In this document: in pieces, positions 37,537 to 48,133 of the stretch
Position numbering within the stretch: the stretch's first letter is position 1
Layout: each line of letters opens with the position of its first letter
NCBI GenBank assembly: GCA_045603125.1
Contig: JAZULN010000021.1
Span: forward strand, 106-64,105
DNA: 64,000 bases
Reading direction: 5' to 3'
From: Clostridia bacterium
GTDB lineage: Bacteria; Bacillota; Clostridia; UBA1381
The notes under the pieces: generated by a model
The model's input: the letters and a program-made list of their open reading frames with translations, nothing else
What the model was told of the DNA's origin: nothing
Database searches by the model: none
Translations under genes and position numbers: made by a program

Positions 37537-38544
37537 ATGGACAAGTTGATTTTGGGAATAGAGAGTTCCTGTGACGAAACTGCGGCAGCGGTTGTTAAAA
37601 ACGGCACCGAGGTGATGTCGAATATTATAAACACACAAATAGATATACATAAGGTTTATGGCGGAGTTGTGCCGGAAATTGCATCAAGGAAGCATATAGA
37701 AAGCATTGACTATGTGGTTGACGAGGCGTTGAAAGAGGCAAATGTCACCTTCCAAGATATTGATGCAATTGCAGTAACTTACGGCCCCGGTCTTGTGGGA
37801 GCATTGCTTGTTGGGGTGTCTTTTGCAAAAGGATTAGCATACTCTTTGAAGAAACCGTTAGTGCCGGTTCACCACATAAGGGGACACATAACTGCCAACT
37901 TTTTAAATAATCCCGAGTTAAAACCACCTTTTGTGTCCCTTGTTGCATCGGGCGGGCATAGTCATATTGTTTTGGTAAAGAGCCATACCGATTTTGAAAT
38001 TTTGGGAAGAACAAGAGATGATGCAGCGGGTGAGGCATTTGATAAAATTGCAAGGGTTATTGGACTGGGGTATCCGGGAGGCCCGTTAATTGATAAACTT
38101 TCAAAAGAAGGGAATAAGGATGCATTTAAGTTCCCAAGAGTCAGAATGGATAAAGACTCCCTTGACTTTAGCTTTAGTGGGGTGAAGACGGCGGTAATAA
38201 ACGCACTCCATAAGCTGGACCAACAGGGAATAGCATATAATAAAGCCGATGTTGCAGCAAGTTTTCAAGACGCCGTTACCGATGTCCTTTGTGAGCATAC
38301 AATAGAGGCGGCAAAAAAGCATAATTCAAAAATTATTGCCCTTGCGGGGGGCGTTGCGTCTAACTCGGAGCTGCGTGAAAAGATGACCAATTGGGCAAAA
38401 AAAGGAGGAATAGATGTAATCTATCCTTCTCCCATATATTGTACCGATAATGCCGCAATGATAGCGGCGGCAGGCTATTATGAACTTTTAGCCGGCAAGA
38501 TTTCCGACCTTGATTTAAATGCAGTGCCGTCACTCACACTCTGA
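37537..38544 (+). CDS. tsaD: tRNA N6-adenosine threonylcarbamoyltransferase
   Basis: [23 protein letters not shown] and LASGGHSH motifs. Confidence 0.95.
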   Translation: MDKLILGIESSCDETAAAVVKNGTEVMSNIINTQIDIHKVYGGVVPEIASRKHIESIDYVVDEALKEANVTFQDIDAIAVTYGPGLVGALLVGVSFAKGLAYSLKKPLVPVHHIRGHITANFLNNPELKPPFVSLVASGGHSHIVLVKSHTDFEILGRTRDDAAGEAFDKIARVIGLGYPGGPLIDKLSKEGNKDAFKFPRVRMDKDSLDFSFSGVKTAVINALHKLDQQGIAYNKADVAASFQDAVTDVLCEHTIEAAKKHNSKIIALAGGVASNSELREKMTNWAKKGGIDVIYPSPIYCTDNAAMIAAAGYYELLAGKISDLDLNAVPSLTL

Positions 38545-39135
38545 TTGAAGAACTGAAGCCAGACGCTCAAGCTCGTCTTTAGTGAGAAGTCGGTTAATGA
38601 CCGACAAAAGCATATTTGAAGAAATTTTTGAGGGCAAACCCAAAGTATCCAAAAGGGCTTGTCTTTTTTTTGCACTGTTATCTGTCCCTGATAAGCCTAA
38701 AAGATATAAATCCGACTTAGTGACCGGGGGAGATTTTTTAGGCATTGTTTTTTTGCCGTCTATTTCGCATCCGGCATCTTTTAAGGCTTTTATTATGATC
38801 TCGGGTAAAATCCCCTCGACCCCTAATAACCCTTCCTTGCCGGCTTTAGTCTTTCGCTTTTCTTTACCTTTTACTTCGGGGATGTATGCATGTTTTACCT
38901 GTCCCTCGGGGACGAGTTGTTTTATGTGGTTTCGTATTTGAAAGCCTGCGGAATCCGAGTCGGTGAGAATGACAATCCCCATGTTGGCGGCGAGGGTTTT
39001 TATCGTATCGGATTTCTTCTTATTATTTATAACACTAAATCCACCGGTTACGAAAATTACACCGTCAATAAAGCTTGAAAGCTTGATTTTATCGTATGTT
39101 CCCTCAACAACGATTGCCTCTTTAATTTTATACAT
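38530..39135 (-). CDS. Toprim-domain protein, RNase M5-like (DUF4093 type)
   Basis: [16 protein letters not shown] and [18 protein letters not shown] Toprim motifs. The ATG at 39135 has a GGAG RBS. Confidence 0.6.
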   Translation of the reverse strand: MYKIKEAIVVEGTYDKIKLSSFIDGVIFVTGGFSVINNKKKSDTIKTLAANMGIVILTDSDSAGFQIRNHIKQLVPEGQVKHAYIPEVKGKEKRKTKAGKEGLLGVEGILPEIIIKALKDAGCEIDGKKTMPKKSPPVTKSDLYLLGLSGTDNSAKKRQALLDTLGLPSKISSNMLLSVINRLLTKDELERLASVLQSECE

Positions 39136-39273
39136 CCCGTCATCTCCTTTAGTTTTAATAATGATATCATAAGACCGGGTTAAAGTCAAGATATAAGGGT
39201 TTCACCAATGCTTTGGCCATTTCATATTATATATCATACGGGAAAAACCGTAAAAAAGGAAGGAGGATATAAT

Positions 39274-39531
39274 ATGGGGAATTTGCTTATAACTGTGGGA
39301 TCGGTGACAACGGCAAACAGGTTAAACCATCTTCTTTCGGGGGCTATGTGGACCAGGATTATCCATACCCCGATAAAGATTAGTGGTGGGGGTTGTTCAT
39401 ATTCTATTATAACCAAGGGCGAGAATTTAGAGCAGGTTAAGAGAATAATTAATGCTAATAACCTTAAAATTAAAGGCTTTTTTATAGAGATGGAAGCTAA
39501 GGGGGAGAAGGTTTATCATGCTTTATCTTGA
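39274..39531 (+). CDS. DUF3343-like small protein (putative S/Se carrier partner of the desulfurase)
   Basis: 85 aa. GGAGG RBS before the ATG at 39274. Overlaps the start of the class V aminotransferase gene. Confidence 0.5.
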   Translation: MGNLLITVGSVTTANRLNHLLSGAMWTRIIHTPIKISGGGCSYSIITKGENLEQVKRIINANNLKIKGFFIEMEAKGEKVYHALS

Positions 39532-40651
39532 TAATGCGGCAACAACATTGAAAAAGCCGGCAAGAGTCTTTGGGAGTATGATATATAATACGTTTTTTTA
39601 CAGTGCAAATGCCGGTCACGGAGGTCATTTTTATAGCTTAAAGACAGCATCAAGGGTCTATGAAACCAGTGAGAAATTGGCAGAATTTTTGGGCTGTGAA
39701 ACCCCTGAGCGAATTGCATTTACACAAAATGCAACCTATGCCCTGAACCTTGGGATAAAAGGGTATGTGAAAAAAGGCGACCATGTGGTAACAACGGCAA
39801 TGGAGCACAATAGCGTTTTGAGGACTCTTGAGGAGTGGTGCGAATATACTGTGGTGGATGCCGAAAAAGACGGGACTATAAGACCTGAAAAGATAAGACG
39901 GGCAATAACCCCTAAGACAAAGCTAATCGTTGTAAACCACGCATCAAATGTATGTGGGACTGTGCAAAATATAGAAAAAATCGGAAAGATTGCAAAAGAA
40001 ATGGGCGTGGCTTTTATGGTAGATGGGGCACAGAGCGTTGGTGTGATACCGATAGATGTAAAAAAAATGGGGATAGATATGCTGGCCATTTCAGGTCATA
40101 AAGGATTGATGTCACCTCTTGGAGTCGGGGCGTTATATGTAAGTGAAAAAATAGAATTAGAACCATTTATCACAGGCGGAACGGGAAGTGATTCAAAAAA
40201 CCTAAACCAACCAAGACAAATGCCGGACATTCTGCATAGCGGTACTCTAAATGCTCCTGCAATAATTGCATGTGGCAGGGGGATTGACTATATAAATAAG
40301 AAGGGAATCAGGGAGATTGAGGAGCAGGAAGTGTATCTTGCCGTAAGACTTATTGAAAAATTAAAGAATATGGATAAAGTGATAGTCTATGGGAAAACTT
40401 CAAAGGAGGGGCGAAATTCTACTGTGTTATTTAACATTAAGGGTAAAGACAGCACTGAGGTAAGCGGAATTTTAAACGACCGGTTCGGTATATGTACAAG
40501 AGGCGGATATCATTGTGCATATCTTGCGCATAAAGCTATCGGCAGTGACAAGACAGGAGGAGTTCGGGCAAGCTTTGGTATATTTAACACGATTTACTCT
40601 GTTGACAGTCTAGCAGATTCAGTGTATAAAATGAGTAAGAGTTGGGAATAA
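39518..40651 (+). CDS. Class V aminotransferase-fold cysteine desulfurase / selenocysteine lyase-like enzyme
   Basis: MLYLDNAATT start, PLP-lysine context SGHKGL, and active-site TRGGYHCA. Confidence 0.8.
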   Translation: MLYLDNAATTLKKPARVFGSMIYNTFFYSANAGHGGHFYSLKTASRVYETSEKLAEFLGCETPERIAFTQNATYALNLGIKGYVKKGDHVVTTAMEHNSVLRTLEEWCEYTVVDAEKDGTIRPEKIRRAITPKTKLIVVNHASNVCGTVQNIEKIGKIAKEMGVAFMVDGAQSVGVIPIDVKKMGIDMLAISGHKGLMSPLGVGALYVSEKIELEPFITGGTGSDSKNLNQPRQMPDILHSGTLNAPAIIACGRGIDYINKKGIREIEEQEVYLAVRLIEKLKNMDKVIVYGKTSKEGRNSTVLFNIKGKDSTEVSGILNDRFGICTRGGYHCAYLAHKAIGSDKTGGVRASFGIFNTIYSVDSLADSVYKMSKSWE

Positions 40652-40726
40652 TTTATTGGTGGTGGGGGAAGTTTTTCTCTCACCGGGGGTACATATAAAA
40701 AATTTTCAAAAAAATAGAAAAAACTG

Positions 40727-40755
40727 TTGACAAAACAAAACTCTTCTGTTATAAT
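40727..40755 (+). promoter_or_regulatory. Perfect-consensus sigma-A promoter of the tRNA operon
   Basis: TTGACA (40727-32), 17 nt, TATAAT (40750-55). Confidence 0.7.
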
Positions 40756-40794
40756 ATGTAAGTCGGCGAGAAAAAAGCCGACGATTACGTCTAT

Positions 40795-40868
40795 GCGGGT
40801 GTAGTTCAATGGTAGAATCCCAGCCTTCCAAGCTGGTCGCGTGGGTTCGATTCCCATCACCCGCTCCA
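40795..40868 (+). tRNA. tRNA-Gly (anticodon TCC)
   Basis: Cloverleaf folded by hand. Anticodon loop CTTCCAA, T-loop GGTTCGATTCC, encoded CCA. Confidence 0.9.
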
Positions 40869-40871
40869 CAC

Positions 40872-40948
<77 letters not shown>

Positions 40949-41034
40949 CATTTATTTTAAGGGTGGACTTGCCACATAAAAAGGATTTGCAATCAAGATG
41001 ACCACTGGCATTAAAATCCACCTTAAATTGATAT

Positions 41035-41112
41035 GGTGGGTATAGTTCAGTTGGTTAGAGCGTCAGATTGTGGTCCTGAATGTCGTGGGTTCAAATCCCA
41101 CTACCCACCCCA
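41035..41112 (+). tRNA. tRNA-His (anticodon GTG) with encoded G-1
   Basis: Extra 5' G opposite C73, anticodon loop TTGTGGT, T-loop GGTTCAAATCC, CCA. Confidence 0.85.
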
Positions 41113-41167
41113 CTTACTTTTTTATGGTTAGCCAAGGCTTAACCGCAAGAAATGCGTACTCTTACAT

Positions 41168-41244
41168 AGGGATATAGCCAAGTCGGTAAGGCACCAGATT
41201 TTGATTCTGGCATTTCGTAGGTTCGAGTCCTGCTATCCCTGCCA
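41168..41244 (+). tRNA. tRNA-Gln (anticodon TTG)
   Basis: Anticodon arm CCAGA-TTTTGAT-TCTGG, T-loop GGTTCGAGTCC, CCA. The exact 5' end could be off by 1-2 nt. Confidence 0.8.
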
Positions 41245-41246
41245 AC

Positions 41247-41322
41247 GGACCATTAGCTCAGTCGGTAGAGCACTTGACTTTTAATCAAGTTGTCCGGAGT
41301 TCGAATCTCCGATGGTTCACCA
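41247..41322 (+). tRNA. tRNA-Lys (anticodon TTT)
   Basis: Anticodon arm CTTGA-CTTTTAA-TCAAG, T-loop AGTTCGAATCT, CCA. Confidence 0.9.
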
Positions 41323-41358
41323 AAAATCGACATTCTTCGACAGAGGAATGTCGATTTT
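41323..41358 (+). terminator. tRNA operon terminator
   Basis: AAAATCGACATTC..GAATGTCGATTTT. Confidence 0.75.
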
Positions 41359-41445
41359 ACTTATTACCTATTCACTCTTCACTATTCCCTAAAATAAATG
41401 TCGATTTTTGGAAAGTAATAAGTAATAGTGAATAAGGAAGAGGTT
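41359..41445. repeat. Opposed blocks of tandem degenerate YTATTCAC-type 7-8-mers
   Basis: Pyrimidine-strand block ACTTATTAC-CTATTCAC-TCTTCAC-TATTCCC (41359-89). Purine-strand block GTAATAA-GTAATA-GTGAATAA-GGAAGAGG (41410-45). The 12-nt direct repeat AATGTCGATTTT (41347-58 and 41397-408) brackets the first block. Confidence 0.6.
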
Positions 41446-41501
41446 AATGTTGCTTTGCTTTCGCAAAGCTTATTTTTATATGACATCTAAATCGTTCGGC
41501 T

Positions 41502-41579
41502 ATTTCACAGAAAGCGTAAGCTTTCTATTTCACAATTTACGAAGTAAATTATTTCATATCAGCGAAGTTGATATTTCAT
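41502..41579 (+). repeat. Array of 4 x ATTTCAY separated by three flush hairpins with C-GNA-G loops
   Basis: ATTTCAC at 41502 and 41527; ATTTCAT at 41551 and 41573. Spacers: AGAAAGC-GTAA-GCTTTCT, AATTTAC-GAA-GTAAATT and ATCAGC-GAA-GTTGAT. Confidence 0.8.
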
Positions 41580-41606
41580 TTAAATAATGTCATTAACATC
41601 AATAAA

Positions 41607-41635
41607 ATAACACCCGTTCAGGGTGTTATTTTTTC
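41607..41635. terminator. Bidirectional terminator at the 3' end of the AraC-family gene
   Basis: AACACCC-GTTCA-GGGTGTT flanked by A- and T-runs. Confidence 0.75.
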
Positions 41636-41639
41636 ATCA

Positions 41640-42410
41640 TCAATCCTCATGATACCGCCTCCCATACTCAGACGGTGATACCCCAAAATGGCGTTTAAAA
41701 CTTTTTGAGAAGGTGAATAAATCGGAATATCCGACAGAATTTGCCGCAATAGTTACCGATATGTTATTTTTAGAAATCAGCGATGCGGCAGTATTCATTC
41801 TGTAGTTTAAGAGATATTGTTTGGGTGCCATGCCAATTTTTCTTTTAAAAGTAACGGAAAAATATGTCCTGTCAAGATTTAGATGCCGGGCGATTTTTTC
41901 GATTGTAATATCGTGCATATATTCTGAATGTATGTATTCTAATGCTAAATCGACGTAATCGGTTTTGGGTTGTTCCTCTTTTGAGAGGAGTGCGAATAGT
42001 TCCCATAATTTCCCCGTAAGGTAAGCACTTCTCCCGACGGAGTAGGACTCGCAACCTTTCATTTGCTGGAAGATTTTTTCTGCCTGTGGACATAAAATCA
42101 CATCTTTTAAATGATTTAAAATTGGACTTTCAGATGTAAAACCAATCCAGATATAGTTCCACGGAAGTTTATCGTCGGCACAGTAATAGACTTCTTCAAA
42201 TGGTGGAATAACAAACATTTCGCCAGGTTTTACATTATATGTTTTACCCTTGATTTTAAAAAGCCCGCAACCTGATACAACAAAATGAATAAGCCAGTGC
42301 GTGCGGATAGCAGGCCCAAAATAGTGGGATTTTGGGCAGTTTTGGTAGCCAAAACTGATGGGATTTAAGTCGCGATAGTGCTCATCTGTAACAATTACAT
42401 GATGTTTCAT
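41640..42410 (-). CDS. AraC-family transcriptional regulator (cupin sensor plus HTH), likely regulator of melA-galT
   Basis: C-terminal AraC HTH (LNLDRTYFSVTFKRKIGMAPKQYL ... SVGYSDLFTFSKSFKRHFGVSPSEY). Divergent from melA. Start is uncertain among 42410, 42431 and 42458. Confidence 0.8.
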   Translation of the reverse strand: MKHHVIVTDEHYRDLNPISFGYQNCPKSHYFGPAIRTHWLIHFVVSGCGLFKIKGKTYNVKPGEMFVIPPFEEVYYCADDKLPWNYIWIGFTSESPILNHLKDVILCPQAEKIFQQMKGCESYSVGRSAYLTGKLWELFALLSKEEQPKTDYVDLALEYIHSEYMHDITIEKIARHLNLDRTYFSVTFKRKIGMAPKQYLLNYRMNTAASLISKNNISVTIAANSVGYSDLFTFSKSFKRHFGVSPSEYGRRYHED

Positions 42411-42529
42411 AAAAATTTTCACTTCCCTCATAAAACAACAAAATGACAAATTATGCAAACATTATATCATTCCATTTAACCTTTAGTCAATATATAATTT
42501 AATAAAAAGGATAAAAGGAGTTGGGTTTG

Positions 42530-43849
42530 ATGAAAATTACGTTTTTAGGAGCAGGAAGCACCGTGTTTGCACGAAACGTCATAGGTGACTGTATGTGTGC
42601 AGAGTCTTTAAGAGACAGTGTTTTTGCTCTTTATGACATTGATGCCGGACGTGTGGAGGAGAGCAGGGTCATATTAGAGGCTATGCGTAAGGAAAAAGGT
42701 GGTTTCGGAAAGATTGAATGCTATGTTGGTGTTGAGAATCGAAAAGAGGCGCTTCGTGGAGCCGATTTTGTCATAAATGCGATTCAAGTTGGAGGATATG
42801 AGCCGTCTACCGTTATAGATTTTGAAATACCAAAAAAATACGGACTTCGCCAAACAATTGCAGACACCCTTGGTATTGGCGGAATTATGCGTGGACTTCG
42901 CACAATCCCGGTGATGGAGGATTTTGCCCGGGATATTGAGGAAGTTTGCCCTGATGCTCTGTTTTTAAACTACACAAACCCAATGGCGATATTAACAGGA
43001 TATATGCAGCACTATACTGGCGTCAGGACTATAGGACTATGCCACAGTGTACAGGTATGCACAGAGCGTTTATTAAAAGAGCTTGGTATGGAGGATAGAT
43101 TAGAGGGCAGAAAGGAATTGATTGCCGGGATTAACCACATGGCGTGGCTTTTGGAAATAAAAGATAAAAACGGCAATGACCTTTATCCAGAAATTAAGGC
43201 AAAGGTTGATGCCTATATAGAAGCCCCTGAGAAAAAGGATAAAGTTCGCATGGATTATATAAGAAATTTCGGGTTTTACTGCACTGAGTCCAGCGAGCAT
43301 AATGCAGAATACAATCCATATTACATAAAGAGCAAGTACCCTGAACTTATTAAAAAATATAATATCCCACTTGATGAGTATCCGCGTCGTTGTGTAAATC
43401 AGGTTGAGGCCTGGAAGAAAGAATACGAGGAAATGCTTGAAAATGGCATTAAAGAGCATTCAAGAAGCCGTGAATACGCATCAAGGATTATGGAAAGTAT
43501 TGTGGGGGATATTCCGTATAAAATAGGTGGAAATGTCCTAAATAAGGGTCATTTAATAACAAATATTCCGGAGGATGCTTGTGTTGAAGTGCCGTGTCTT
43601 GTAGATGGGGCGGGGATTCATCCATGCCATGTTGGAAAACTTCCCGTTCAGTGTGCGGCTATGAATATGACAAATATCAATGTTCAACTACTTACTATTG
43701 AGGCGGCAAGAACGCACAAAAAGGAGCATATCTATCAGGCGGCCATGCTGGACCCACATACTTCAAGCGAACTTGACATTGATACAATCAAGAAGATGGT
43801 CGATGAACTGATAGATGCACATGGCGACTTCTTGCCAAAATATTTTTAA
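42530..43849 (+). CDS. melA: GH4-family alpha-galactosidase (NAD/Mn-dependent)
   Basis: MKITFLGAGSTVFARN Rossmann start, and the GLCHSVQ and NHMAW motifs typical of GH4. Confidence 0.85.
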   Translation: MKITFLGAGSTVFARNVIGDCMCAESLRDSVFALYDIDAGRVEESRVILEAMRKEKGGFGKIECYVGVENRKEALRGADFVINAIQVGGYEPSTVIDFEIPKKYGLRQTIADTLGIGGIMRGLRTIPVMEDFARDIEEVCPDALFLNYTNPMAILTGYMQHYTGVRTIGLCHSVQVCTERLLKELGMEDRLEGRKELIAGINHMAWLLEIKDKNGNDLYPEIKAKVDAYIEAPEKKDKVRMDYIRNFGFYCTESSEHNAEYNPYYIKSKYPELIKKYNIPLDEYPRRCVNQVEAWKKEYEEMLENGIKEHSRSREYASRIMESIVGDIPYKIGGNVLNKGHLITNIPEDACVEVPCLVDGAGIHPCHVGKLPVQCAAMNMTNINVQLLTIEAARTHKKEHIYQAAMLDPHTSSELDIDTIKKMVDELIDAHGDFLPKYF

Positions 43850-43873
43850 ATTAAGAGGGGGATATAGCATAAA

Positions 43874-45364
43874 ATGACACTTTATGAAGGGATTTTAAGA
43901 CTTACAGAGTATGGCATAAAAAACGGCTTGATTGAAGAGGAAGACAGAGTCTATATCATAAATAGATTTTTAGAGATATTTGGTGTCGATGAATTTGAAG
44001 AGGTAAAAATAACGGGAGACTGCAAATTGGCTGAAATATTAAATTCTCTGACCGACGTTGCCCTTAGTATGGGGCTTTTGGAAAATGACGGGATAACCCA
44101 AAGAGATTTATTTGATACAAAACTAATGGGTGTTTTGACGCCGCTACCGAGTAGTGTGATAAAAGAATTTTGGACACTTTATAAAAATGACCCGAAGTTG
44201 GCTACCGATTTCTTTTATAAACTCTCCCAGGATACCAACTATATCCGCCGAGACAGGGTGAAGAAAGATAAAAAATGGAAGGTTAAAAGCCGCTATGGTG
44301 ATATTGAAATCTCTATCAATTTATCAAAGCCGGAAAAAGACCCCAAGGCTATTGCTCTTGCCGGAAAAACCAAGTCGGCAGGATATCCGAAATGTCAGCT
44401 TTGCATAGAAAATGAAGGGTATAGAGGAAGAAACAATCACCCGGCGAGACAGAATCACAGAATTATTCCCATTATCATTCAAAACACCGACTGGGGACTT
44501 CAATATTCGCCCTATGTTTACTATAATGAGCATTGCATAGTGTTAAATTCTAATCATACACCTATGAAAATTGAGCGGGCAACTTTTGAGAAATTGTTAG
44601 ATTTTATAGAACAGTTTCCGCACTATTTTCTGGGATCTAATGCGGATTTACCCATTGTTGGCGGTTCAATTTTGAGTCACGACCATTTTCAGGGCGGAAA
44701 CCACACCTTCCCGATGGAAATAGCAGAGATTGAAAAAAGATACATAGTCCCAGGATTTGAAGATGTGGATGTGGGAATCCTTAATTGGCCATTATCTGTT
44801 ATACGCCTTAGATCGAAAAACAGAGAAAGTATTATAAATCTTTCTGAACACGTTCTTAATATATGGCGGAATTACACCGATGAGGATGCATATATTTTTG
44901 CTGAAACGGACGGCGAAAAGCATAACACAATTACACCTATTGCCCGAATGAAAGACGGGTGTTATGAAATTGACCTGACTCTTCGAAATAACATTATAAC
45001 CGAGGAGTGCCCACTCGGGTTATACCATCCGCACAATGAAAGGCATCACATTAAGAAGGAAAATATCGGCTTAATTGAGGTTATGGGATTGGCAATTCTT
45101 CCTGCAAGACTGGACAAGGAAATGGCGTTACTTTCGGAGTGTTTGGTTGGAAAGAAAAACATTGACGATTTTGAAGAACTTTCAAAGCACAAGAAATGGT
45201 CAGAAATGCTAAAAAAAGAATGTGAAATAACCGAGGAAAACGTCAACGAGATAATAGAAAAAGAGATTGGAAAGGTCTTTATTGGAGTATTAGAAGATGC
45301 AGGGGTATATAAATGTACGATTGAGGGAAGACGAGACTTTGAGAGATTTATAAAGAGTTTATAG
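43874..45364 (+). CDS. galT: UDP-glucose--hexose-1-phosphate uridylyltransferase (long Firmicute-type GalT)
   Basis: 496 aa with an HDHFQGG active-site region and YSPYVYYNEHCIV. Confidence 0.85.
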   Translation: MTLYEGILRLTEYGIKNGLIEEEDRVYIINRFLEIFGVDEFEEVKITGDCKLAEILNSLTDVALSMGLLENDGITQRDLFDTKLMGVLTPLPSSVIKEFWTLYKNDPKLATDFFYKLSQDTNYIRRDRVKKDKKWKVKSRYGDIEISINLSKPEKDPKAIALAGKTKSAGYPKCQLCIENEGYRGRNNHPARQNHRIIPIIIQNTDWGLQYSPYVYYNEHCIVLNSNHTPMKIERATFEKLLDFIEQFPHYFLGSNADLPIVGGSILSHDHFQGGNHTFPMEIAEIEKRYIVPGFEDVDVGILNWPLSVIRLRSKNRESIINLSEHVLNIWRNYTDEDAYIFAETDGEKHNTITPIARMKDGCYEIDLTLRNNIITEECPLGLYHPHNERHHIKKENIGLIEVMGLAILPARLDKEMALLSECLVGKKNIDDFEELSKHKKWSEMLKKECEITEENVNEIIEKEIGKVFIGVLEDAGVYKCTIEGRRDFERFIKSL

Positions 45365-45369
45365 AATAG

Positions 45370-45397
45370 AAAATCCACCCAAAAGGGTGGATTTTTT
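45370..45397. terminator. Bidirectional terminator between galT and argH
   Basis: AAAATCCACCC-AAAA-GGGTGGATTTTTT. Confidence 0.8.
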
Positions 45398-46775
45398 AAA
45401 TCTTCTCAATATATTCTTTTGCATCGGCAATCGCTTTTTTGGTGGTCTCCATTGCAGGCCCGCCGATTAGGTTTCGGTCGTTAACACAAGTCTCCATTGA
45501 GATTGCATCATAGATATCGTCTTCAATAATGTCGGAGAATTCCTTAAATTCTGCCATGGTAAAATCGTCTAAATCCTTTTTATGCTCGATTGCATAGAAA
45601 ACCATTCTTCCAACAACCCCATGGGCTTCTCTAAATGGCAGGCCTTTTTTTACAAGGTAGTCTGCAAGGTCGGTTGCATTGGTAAATCCGCCTTTTGCAC
45701 CCTTTAGCATGGTATCTTTATTTACCTTCATTGTGGCAATCATATCGCAGAAAACCGGAAGGCAAAGGGTGACGGTGTCAATAGAGTCAAAAATCGGCTC
45801 TTTATCTTCCTGCATATCTTTATTGTATGCAAGGGGGATTCCCTTCATAGTAGTTAAAAGTCCCATAAGATGCCCGTAAACTCTGCCGGTTTTACCACGG
45901 ATTAACTCAGCCACGTCGGGGTTTTTCTTCTGTGGCATAATAGATGAGCCGGTGGAGAATGCATCGTCCATTTCAACAAAGGAGAACTCGTGGCTGGACC
46001 ATAAAATTAACTCCTCCGAAAAACGGGATAGGTGCATCATAATAATCGAAAGACAGCTAGCAAGTTCGATTACAAAATCTCTGTCTGAAACTCCGTCTAG
46101 TGAGTTTTTGGTAACGGCAGAAAAACCAAGTTCTTCTGCTACAAACTCACGGTCTAGGGGATAGGTTGTGCCGGCCAAAGCCCCTGAGCCTAACGGCATA
46201 ACATTCATTCTCTTTTTGCAGTCGGAAAGCCTTTCTAAATCCCTTTTAAACATCTCAAAATATGCCATTAAGTGATGGGCGAAGGTGATAGGCTGTGCCT
46301 TTTGTAAATGAGTGTAGCCCGGCATAATTGTTGCGGTATGTTCCTCTGCCAAGTCGGTTAAGACTATTAAAAGATGCTTTAACATTTCGGCAATTTTCAT
46401 GCTTTCGTCTTTTAGGTACATTCTGATGTCGAGGGCTACCTGGTCGTTACGGCTTCTGCCGGTATGTAAGCGTTTTCCTGCCTCGCCGATTCGCTCGATT
46501 AAAAGCTTTTCAACGTTCATATGGATATCTTCTGCATCAATTTCAAATGTGACTTTATTCTCCTCAATATCTGAAAGAATTTCTTTTAAGCCCGATACAA
46601 TAAGCTCTGCATCAGCTTTTGGGATAATGCCCTGATTTCCAAGCATTGTGGCATGGGCAATACTTCCCGTGATATCCTGACGGTACATTCTTTGGTCAAA
46701 TCTAATGGAAGAGTTAAAGTCGTCTACCTTTTTATCGGTATTTTTCTGAAATCTTCCGCCCCAGAGTTTCGCCAT
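45396..46775 (-). CDS. argH: Argininosuccinate lyase
   Basis: MAKLWGGRF start and the [12 protein letters not shown] fumarate-lyase signature. Confidence 0.95.
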   Translation of the reverse strand: MAKLWGGRFQKNTDKKVDDFNSSIRFDQRMYRQDITGSIAHATMLGNQGIIPKADAELIVSGLKEILSDIEENKVTFEIDAEDIHMNVEKLLIERIGEAGKRLHTGRSRNDQVALDIRMYLKDESMKIAEMLKHLLIVLTDLAEEHTATIMPGYTHLQKAQPITFAHHLMAYFEMFKRDLERLSDCKKRMNVMPLGSGALAGTTYPLDREFVAEELGFSAVTKNSLDGVSDRDFVIELASCLSIIMMHLSRFSEELILWSSHEFSFVEMDDAFSTGSSIMPQKKNPDVAELIRGKTGRVYGHLMGLLTTMKGIPLAYNKDMQEDKEPIFDSIDTVTLCLPVFCDMIATMKVNKDTMLKGAKGGFTNATDLADYLVKKGLPFREAHGVVGRMVFYAIEHKKDLDDFTMAEFKEFSDIIEDDIYDAISMETCVNDRNLIGGPAMETTKKAIADAKEYIEKI

Positions 46776-46833
46776 TTTTTATCCTCCTGAAAAATTTAAA
46801 TATTCCCGCAAAAACTTGCAGGAATATCTAAAA

Positions 46834-48054
46834 TTATTTGTTTTCTTCAGCCTTTTTTTGCATCATTGCTCTAACCTTTAGCGGTAAGCCGAACAGGTTA
46901 ATAAAGCCTTCTGCATCCTTGTGGCTATATAGCTCCTGACTGTCGCCGAAGCTTGCAATATCTTCGTTATATAGTGAATATGGGCTCTTTGCACCGGCAG
47001 GTGTAACAGAACCTTTATAAAGTTTTAGTCTAACTTCACCTGTAACGGTTTCTTCCATAGAATCCACCATCTTAGATAGTGCCTCACGAAGAGGTGTGTA
47101 CCACTTTCCGTCATATACAAGCTCTGAGAACTTGATTGCAGCCTGACGCTTAAAGCTTTGAGTGTCACGGTCAAGACATAGGTATTCTAGCTCTTCTAAC
47201 GCCTTATAAAGGATAGTTCCGCCCGGTGTTTCATAAACGCCTCTTGACTTCATACCAACAAGTCTGTCTTCAACTATATCTGCAACACCAACGCCGTATG
47301 CACCGCCAATTTCGTTTAGCTTTTCAACTAACTCACGTGGGCTTAATTTTTCACCGTCTAGTGATACAGCGTCACCCTTTTCAAAACCGATTGTGATATA
47401 CTTTGCTTCGTCCGGTGTCTTTTCAACAGGAACGGTAAGCTTTAGAAGATTATCAAACTGCGGTTCGTTTGCCGGGTCTTCCAAATCCATACCTTCGTGG
47501 CTTATGTGCCAGATGTTTCTGTCTCTTGAATATAAATCCTTCTTTGTTACAGGGATTTCGATATTATGTGCTTCTGCATAGTCAACAGCGTCTTCTCTTG
47601 ACTTAATATCCCAGATTCTCCAAGGAGCAATAATCTTTAAGTGTGGTGCTAAAGCCTTGATTGTAAGCTCGAAACGAACCTGGTCGTTACCCTTTCCTGT
47701 AGCACCGTGGCAGATTGCTGTTGCACCCTCAGCTAATGCAATTTCAACTAGTCTTTTTGCGATAATCGGTCTTGCGTGAGATGTACCTAAAAGATACTTT
47801 CCTTCATAAACTGCACCGGCCTTAAGAGTTGGGAATATGAAGTCTTTTACATATTCGTCTCTTAAATCTTCCAAATACAATTTTGAAGCACCAGCTTTTT
47901 TTGCACGTTCTTCAAGGCCTTCTGTTTCCTTACCCTGACCAACGTCACCGCATACTGCGATAACTTCACAGTCGTAGTTTTCCTTTAACCAAGGAATAAT
48001 AATTGAGGTATCGAGTCCTCCTGAGTAAGCTAATACAACTTTTTCTTTTGACAT
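46834..48054 (-). CDS. argG: Argininosuccinate synthase
   Basis: [13 protein letters not shown]-loop and [13 protein letters not shown]. Confidence 0.95.
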   Translation of the reverse strand: MSKEKVVLAYSGGLDTSIIIPWLKENYDCEVIAVCGDVGQGKETEGLEERAKKAGASKLYLEDLRDEYVKDFIFPTLKAGAVYEGKYLLGTSHARPIIAKRLVEIALAEGATAICHGATGKGNDQVRFELTIKALAPHLKIIAPWRIWDIKSREDAVDYAEAHNIEIPVTKKDLYSRDRNIWHISHEGMDLEDPANEPQFDNLLKLTVPVEKTPDEAKYITIGFEKGDAVSLDGEKLSPRELVEKLNEIGGAYGVGVADIVEDRLVGMKSRGVYETPGGTILYKALEELEYLCLDRDTQSFKRQAAIKFSELVYDGKWYTPLREALSKMVDSMEETVTGEVRLKLYKGSVTPAGAKSPYSLYNEDIASFGDSQELYSHKDAEGFINLFGLPLKVRAMMQKKAEENK

Positions 48055-48133
48055 GGTTGCAATTCCTCCTAAAATAGTATAAAATATATGTATTAAAAAT
48101 GATTTTAAAAAAACATTTTAATATTTCCTAATT

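Noticed and set aside
41447-41587. 46-aa ORF (MLLCFRKAYFYMTSKSFGYFTESVSFLFHNLRSKLFHISEVDISFK) covering the ATTTCAY array
   Set aside because: The GAGG box is only 3 nt from the ATG. The repeat period (25/24/23 nt) changes frame between units, so the conservation is at the nucleotide level and not the protein level.
41323-41640. Integration scar or att site of a mobile element at the 3' end of tRNA-Lys
   Set aside because: There is no integrase, excisionase or other mobility gene in the flank. The only direct repeat (AATGTCGATTTT) duplicates the terminator arm, not the tRNA 3' end.
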